This document shows positions 56,461 through 64,000 of a stretch of 64,000 nucleotides of DNA, in pieces. The notes under the pieces were generated by a model. That model saw only the letters and a list, made by a program, of their open reading frames with translations, ran no database searches and was not told where the DNA came from. Position 1 is the stretch's first letter; the number at the start of each line of letters is the position of its first letter. The DNA comes from an uncultured Actinomycetota bacterium (GTDB taxonomy: Bacteria; Actinomycetota; Actinomycetes; Streptomycetales; Streptomycetaceae): positions 1,243,852 to 1,307,851 of the forward strand of contig CAVQCY010000002.1 in the NCBI GenBank assembly GCA_963711125.1. Reading direction: 5' to 3'. A program made the translations under genes and the position numbers.

Positions 56461-56877
56461 ACGTTCCCGCCGTGGTCCGAAAACAACTGCCGGGCCACAC
56501 GGCACGACGTCGGCAAGACGGTCAAACGCGCCGAGTCGATCAAGGAACACCAAGCCCGCCGAGGACAAACGCCAAGCTGAGACGCGGCCTGGCGATGAGG
56601 GCGGCAGGGGCCCGGGGTCTGTGTCGGCTTTGGCCGTGGCGTTCGGCTCGCACGCGTGAGGACCCGGCGGAAAAGCGGGGTGGGCGGATCTTGGGGTCCG
56701 CTCCGCCACGGTCTGCGTTTCCGCAGAGTGCGGCGGAGGGCTCAGGCCGTGGCCAGCGAGACCCCGGTGGACTTGACCAGGGCGACCACCGGGGAGCCCA
56801 TCTCCAGGCCGAGGTCGCGGACGGTCCGCTCAGGCGCGCGCGGCACCCCGCCCGGCCGGACCGGCGCCGGCCGCCGG

Positions 56878-56929
56878 CCGGCCGTGCCGGGACGCGCGCC
56901 CGCCCGGCCGTGCCGGGACGCGCGGCCGG
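56878..56929. repeat. 26-bp tandem direct repeat (2 copies, CCGGCCGTGCCGGGACGCGCGCCCGC) in the 3' region of the geosmin synthase gene
   Basis: Seen directly. The repeat lies within about 70 bp downstream of the geoA stop on the transcribed strand. Confidence 0.5.
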
Positions 56930-56950
56930 CCGGGCGGTGCGGCGGCCCGG

Positions 56951-59458
<2,508 letters not shown>

Positions 59459-59714
59459 TCAGAAATTATTCGTACAATCGCAGCGCAGGTGTGGTACCCC
59501 TCTCGATCGGCCCGTTCCGGGCACGGCGGACCGCGCCCGGAGCCGACCGCGCCCGGAGCGGCGGGCCCGGAGCCGACCGGTCCGCGGCGCGGAGCCTCCC
59601 GTGCCCCGTGCCCCGTGCGCCGGGCGCCCGGGGCGACTGGGGCGGGGCGCCGACGGGGCGGGCGGCTGCGATCACCGGCGCCGCCTGTCGGTGGGCACCG
59701 ATATCGTCGTAGGC

Positions 59715-61988
59715 GTGTCCCTCGCTCTGTACCGCCGCTACCGACCCGAGTCCTTCGCCGAGGTCATCGGGCAGGAGCACGTCACCGACCCGTTGCAGCA
59801 GGCGCTGCGCAACAACCGGGTCAACCACGCGTACCTGTTCAGCGGGCCGCGCGGCTGCGGCAAGACCACCAGCGCGCGCATCCTGGCCCGCTGCCTGAAC
59901 TGCGAGCGCGGACCCACCCCCGACCCGTGCGGCGAGTGCCGCTCCTGCCGCGACCTGGCGCGCAACGGGCCGGGATCCATCGACGTCATCGAGATCGACG
60001 CCGCCTCGCACGGCGGTGTGGACGACGCCCGCGACCTGCGTGAGAAGGCGTTCTTCGGCCCGGCGGCCAGCCGGTACAAGATCTACATCATCGACGAGGC
60101 GCACATGGTCACCCCGGCGGGCTTCAACGCCCTGCTGAAGGTGGTCGAGGAGCCGCCCGAGCACCTGAAGTTCGTCTTCGCCACCACCGAGCCGGAGAAG
60201 GTCATCGGGACCATCCGCTCGCGCACCCACCACTACCCGTTCCGTCTGGTGCCGCCCGGAACGCTGCGCGACTACCTGGCCGAGGTGTGCGGACGGGAGT
60301 CGATCCCGGTCGAGGAGGGCGTCTTCCCGCTCGTGGTGCGGGCCGGGGCCGGTTCGGTGCGCGACTCGATGTCGGTGATGGACCAACTGCTGGCCGGCGC
60401 GGACGCCTCCGGCGTCAGCTACGCGATGGCGACCGCGCTGCTCGGCTACACCGACGCCGCGCTGCTCGACGAGATGGTGGACGCGTTCGCCGCGGTGGAC
60501 GGCGCCGCCGCCTTCGGGATCGTGGACCGGGTGGTCGAGGGCGGCCACGACCCCCGCCGGTTCGCCGCCGACCTGCTGGAGCGCCTGCGCGACCTGGTGA
60601 TCCTGGCCGCCGTGCCGGAGGCCGCGGGCACCGGCCTGATCGACGCGCCGGCCGACGTGGTGGAGCGGATGCGGGCGCAGGCCGGGGCGTTCGGCGCCGC
60701 CGAGTTGAGCCGGGCCGCCGACCTGGTCAACACCGGGCTGACGGAGATGCGCGGGGCCACCGCGCCGCGCCTCCAGCTCGAACTTATCTGCGCCCGCGTG
60801 CTGCTGCCCGCCGCCTACGACGACGAACGGACCGTCCAGGCCCGCCTCGACCGGCTGGAACGACAGGCCGCCACCGGCCTGCCCGCCGCCGGCGCGTCCG
60901 GCGCCGCCCGGTCCGTGGCGCACGAGGCGGCCCCCGGCCCGCTCGCCCCTGCGGCGCCGGTCCGCCCGGCCGAGGCGGCCGGGCGTCCGGCCGCCGGCCC
61001 CGCTCGGGCGGAGCACGGCGGGCCGGCGGACCGTCCCGCGCAGGCCGCGCCGCCCGCGGCGTCCTCCGCGCCGCCCGCCGCCGGACCAGCCGGGCCGGCC
61101 GGCGGAGACGTGCCGCAGCCCGGTGCCTGGCCGACCGGCACCCACGCTCCGGGCACCCACCCGCCGGGCGGCGGCGCCCCGGCGCGGCGTCCCGGCGCCT
61201 GGCCGACGGCGACCGTGCCCGGTTCCGTGCCGGCCGGATCCGCACCGGCGACCTCCGGCCCGCCCGCGGGGGCCGCCGCCCCGCCCGCTCGGCCTCCCTC
61301 GCCCTCTTCTCCCCCCTCGCCGCGGCCCGCGGCGGCCTCGGCGCCCCCCGCCCCGGCCGGCGGGCCCGGCGACGCCTCCCGGGTGCGGCAGATGTGGCCC
61401 GACATCCTGGAGGCCGTCAAGAACCGCCGCCGCTTCACCTGGATCCTGCTCAGCCAGAACGCCCGGGTCGTCGGTTTCGACGGCGTCACCCTGCAACTCG
61501 GCTTCGCCAACGCCGGCGCCCGGGACAGCTTCGTCGGCGGCGGCAGCGACGAGGTGCTGCGCCAGGTGATCAGCGAGGCCTTCCGCCTGGAGTGGAAGAT
61601 CGAGGCGGTCGTCGACCCGTCCGGCGGCGCGGGCCCGGCCTCCGGCGGCGGCTCCGGCCCGTCCGGCGCCGGTCCGGCCCGGCCGTCGTCCCCGGTGCCC
61701 GGCGGCGGCGGTGCCGGTCCGGCCGCGCCGGACCGTCCGGCGCCCGCGGCCGGCCCCCGGCCCGCCGGCCCGCCGGCCGCCGGACCGGGGCCGGCCGCCC
61801 CGCCGCCCGCCGCCGGGCCGCCGCGGGCCGCCGCGGGGCCGGCCGCCCCGGCGGCGCCGAGGGTGGCCATCGAGGACGACATCCCGCAGGACGACGACCC
61901 GGACCTGGAGGACACCCCGCTGAGCGGGTACGAGCTGCTGGTGCGCGAACTGGGCGCCACGGTGATCGAGGAACTGCCGAACGGGTGA
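59715..61988 (+). CDS. dnaX: DNA polymerase III subunits gamma/tau
   Basis: The start VSLALYRRYRPESFAEVIGQEHV is followed by Walker A (GPRGCGKTT), a zinc module (CGECRSCRDLARNG) and SRC-like and box motifs. A long Pro/Ala-rich tau linker and C-terminal domain follow. Confidence 0.85.
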   Translation: MSLALYRRYRPESFAEVIGQEHVTDPLQQALRNNRVNHAYLFSGPRGCGKTTSARILARCLNCERGPTPDPCGECRSCRDLARNGPGSIDVIEIDAASHGGVDDARDLREKAFFGPAASRYKIYIIDEAHMVTPAGFNALLKVVEEPPEHLKFVFATTEPEKVIGTIRSRTHHYPFRLVPPGTLRDYLAEVCGRESIPVEEGVFPLVVRAGAGSVRDSMSVMDQLLAGADASGVSYAMATALLGYTDAALLDEMVDAFAAVDGAAAFGIVDRVVEGGHDPRRFAADLLERLRDLVILAAVPEAAGTGLIDAPADVVERMRAQAGAFGAAELSRAADLVNTGLTEMRGATAPRLQLELICARVLLPAAYDDERTVQARLDRLERQAATGLPAAGASGAARSVAHEAAPGPLAPAAPVRPAEAAGRPAAGPARAEHGGPADRPAQAAPPAASSAPPAAGPAGPAGGDVPQPGAWPTGTHAPGTHPPGGGAPARRPGAWPTATVPGSVPAGSAPATSGPPAGAAAPPARPPSPSSPPSPRPAAASAPPAPAGGPGDASRVRQMWPDILEAVKNRRRFTWILLSQNARVVGFDGVTLQLGFANAGARDSFVGGGSDEVLRQVISEAFRLEWKIEAVVDPSGGAGPASGGGSGPSGAGPARPSSPVPGGGGAGPAAPDRPAPAAGPRPAGPPAAGPGPAAPPPAAGPPRAAAGPAAPAAPRVAIEDDIPQDDDPDLEDTPLSGYELLVRELGATVIEELPNG

Positions 61989-62110
61989 CGGCGGCTTCAC
62001 CGTCAGTCGTGGGTGTGTCGTCCTTCCGGCGTAGCGCGCTGGGCCGTTCGAGCACGTAGGCTCGCCCTACCGCATAGGTTGGAACGTCGTCGTACGGCAG
62101 GAGCGAAACC

Positions 62111-62449
62111 GTGAACCCCGGTGGTCAGCCCAACATGCAGCAACTGCTTCAGCAGGCCCAGAAGATGCAGCAGGACCTCGCGGCGGCCCAGGCGCAGCTG
62201 GCGCAGGCGCAGGTGCGCGGCAGCGCGGGCGGCGGTCTGGTGCAGGCCACGGTGAGCGGTTCGGGCGAGCTGCTGGGTCTGACCATCGACCCGAAGGCGG
62301 TGGACCCGGACGACACCGAGACGCTGGCCGACCTGGTCCTGGCCGCGGTCCGTGACGGCAACAACGCCGCCCACCAGCTCCAGCAGGAGAAGCTGGGCCC
62401 GCTGGCCCAGGGCCTGGGCGGCGGCGGGATCCCCGGCCTGGGGATGTGA
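62111..62449 (+). CDS. ybaB: YbaB/EbfC nucleoid-associated protein
   Basis: [29 protein letters not shown] is the typical family N-terminus. It is in conserved position between dnaX and recR. Confidence 0.8.
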   Translation: MNPGGQPNMQQLLQQAQKMQQDLAAAQAQLAQAQVRGSAGGGLVQATVSGSGELLGLTIDPKAVDPDDTETLADLVLAAVRDGNNAAHQLQQEKLGPLAQGLGGGGIPGLGM

Positions 62450-62555
62450 CCGGGGGCCCGGCCCCCGCCGCCCCGGGGGCCGCGGGCGGCTGAGAGGCTG
62501 ACCGGGGCATCCGGCGGGTTCCGCCGGACCGAGAAGACCGAGAGAAGGCGCTGGC

Positions 62556-63155
62556 GTGTACGAAGGCGTGGTTCAGGACCTCATCGACGAACTGGGCAGG
62601 CTGCCCGGCGTGGGGCCCAAGAGCGCGCAGCGCATCGCCTTCCACATCCTGCAGTCCGACCCGGTGGACGTCACGCGGCTGGCCCGGGTGCTCACCGAGG
62701 TCAAGGAACGCGTCCGGTTCTGCGTGACCTGCGGCAACGTGGCCCAGGACGAGCGGTGCCGGGTCTGCCAGGACCCGCGCCGGGACCCCGGCGTCATCTG
62801 TGTGGTCGAGGAGCCCAAGGACGTCGTCGCGGTCGAGCGGACCCGGGAGTTCCGGGGCCGCTACCACGTACTGGGCGGCGCGATCAGCCCGATCGAGGGG
62901 GTCGGGCCCGACGACCTGCGCATCCGCGAACTGCTGGCACGGCTCGCGGACGGCGTGGTCAACGAGTTGATCCTCGCGACCGATCCGAATCTCGAGGGCG
63001 AGGCCACCGCCACCTATCTCGCGCGCATGGTGAAGCCCATGGGTCTGAAGGTGACGCGCCTGGCCAGTGGTCTGCCGGTTGGCGGCGACCTGGAATACGC
63101 CGACGAGGTCACGCTAGGCCGTGCCTTCGAAGGGAGACGACTGCTCGATGTCTGA
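62556..63155 (+). CDS. recR: Recombination protein RecR
   Basis: The HhH ([17 protein letters not shown]), the C4 zinc finger ([16 protein letters not shown]) and the Toprim domain are present. Confidence 0.9.
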   Translation: MYEGVVQDLIDELGRLPGVGPKSAQRIAFHILQSDPVDVTRLARVLTEVKERVRFCVTCGNVAQDERCRVCQDPRRDPGVICVVEEPKDVVAVERTREFRGRYHVLGGAISPIEGVGPDDLRIRELLARLADGVVNELILATDPNLEGEATATYLARMVKPMGLKVTRLASGLPVGGDLEYADEVTLGRAFEGRRLLDV

Positions 63156-63849
63156 CACCGCCGTTCCCACCCCGCGCCCGGACAGCCCGCGGCCGGCGTC
63201 GCGCGTTCCTCAGGAGCACGCCGACCCCGGTGACTTCGCGGTGCAGATCGCCGACCAGATCGAGAGCTTCATCGTGGCGGTCCGCGAGGTCGCCAAGGGG
63301 GCCGAGCCGGACAGCGCGGTGCCGTTCCTGCTGCTGGAGGTCTCCCAGCTCATGCTGGCCGGCGGCCGGTTGGGTGCGCACGAGGACATCGTCCCGGACG
63401 AGCGCTACGAGCCGGACGCCGGGCCGGAGCCGGACGCCGACGAACTGCGTGAGCAACTCGCCGAACTGCTGGCGCCGATCGACGTCTACTCCGAGGTCTT
63501 CGACCCGTACGTACCGCGCAGCATGCCGGTCGCCTGCCGGATCTCCGACGACCTGGCGGACGTGGTCACCGACCTGTCGCACGGACTGGCGCACTACCGG
63601 GAGGGCCGGGTCACCGAGGCGCTGTGGTGGTGGCAGTTCTCCTTCCTGTCCAACTGGGGGCCGACCGCCAGTGCCTCGCTGCGCGCGTTGCAGTCCCTGG
63701 TGGCGCACGTGCGGTTGGACTCGCCGCTGGACGAGCTGGACGGCCTGGACACCGACGCCTCCTCGGGGGACGACGACCTGGCGGCGCAGGCCGGCGAGGT
63801 GATGGCCGCCGAGATCGGCGAGCCGCTCGGGCTGCCCCGCCGCGACTGA
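63148..63849 (+). CDS. DUF5063-like conserved hypothetical protein
   Basis: Acidic protein. The ATG overlaps the recR stop, a conserved arrangement in Streptomyces. Confidence 0.55.
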   Translation: MSDTAVPTPRPDSPRPASRVPQEHADPGDFAVQIADQIESFIVAVREVAKGAEPDSAVPFLLLEVSQLMLAGGRLGAHEDIVPDERYEPDAGPEPDADELREQLAELLAPIDVYSEVFDPYVPRSMPVACRISDDLADVVTDLSHGLAHYREGRVTEALWWWQFSFLSNWGPTASASLRALQSLVAHVRLDSPLDELDGLDTDASSGDDDLAAQAGEVMAAEIGEPLGLPRRD

Positions 63850-64000
63850 CCGCTCCCGCGTCCGGCCGACCGGCCCGTACGCGGCCGACCGCCCCGCCTC
63901 GCCGCGGCCGACCGCCCCGGCCCCGGCGGGGGTGCCGACCGCCCCGTGCCGCCCAGCGCCGCCCCGCGCCGGGCGGATGATCGGTGCCATCCGGGGAAGG

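Overview
This is a high-GC (roughly 70%+) actinomycete, Streptomyces-like chromosomal segment, shown by codon bias, snapalysin, geosmin synthase, DUF397/DUF5753 and dnaX-ybaB-recR synteny.

The window breaks into six parts:
- **1-12 kb, accessory and mobile-element-rich patchwork.** MobC plus relaxase; a frameshifted NUDIX gene; a HAD hydrolase; a truncated methyltransferase fragment coupled to an APH phosphotransferase. An intact two-ORF IS with 40-bp inverted repeats and a 5-bp target duplication splits a host gene, which can be re-joined in frame. Then an XRE/TPR regulator plus NUDIX; an IS3 element whose orfB carries an extra frameshift; a 5'-truncated, frameshifted XRE/DUF5753 gene next to an intact DUF397 partner.
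- **12-16 kb.** snapalysin; a membrane metallophosphoesterase; a cytochrome P450. A 25-aa ORF with a good Shine-Dalgarno site sits 79 bp upstream of the P450 and ends in the aromatic motif AYAWYGWI. This is a candidate P450-crosslinked (atropopeptide/tryptorubin-like) RiPP.
- **16.7-40 kb, mostly ordinary genes.** GntR; a GAF-PP2C-HATPase protein; USP; ArsB/NhaD permease. An operon of B3/4-domain protein, B12-radical-SAM, EamA exporter and ATP-grasp ligase with a divergent Fe/2OG oxygenase is a candidate small-molecule cassette. Then VWA; NfeD-flotillin; lipoprotein; YciI; APH(6)-like; TfoX; a secreted ThuA-like protein; HhH-GPD.
- **40.4-53.3 kb, a nine-gene minus-strand RiPP operon.** E1-like protein; a precursor with 30-aa leader and 27-aa core FSSSSCSCSSCCSCSTSSCCSCSTSTS; fused YcaO cyclodehydratase; SagB-type dehydrogenase; split LanB dehydratase (N-terminal glutamylation domain plus SpaB_C-like domain); PqqD-M50 protease fusion; ABC ATPase and permease. 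This is a linear azole-plus-dehydroamino-acid or thiopeptide-like peptide with an unusually Cys/Ser-saturated core. It is the strongest novel-system candidate in the window.
- **53.6-54.0 kb.** A remnant of the same IS family, with a degenerate right inverted repeat, separates the cluster from a P1B-type ATPase.
- **54-64 kb, core-like.** P1B ATPase and ArsR pair; geosmin synthase; dnaX-ybaB-recR-DUF5063.

No rRNA, tRNA or CRISPR was found. Many long overlapping ORFs in the supplied track are GC-frame artefacts.
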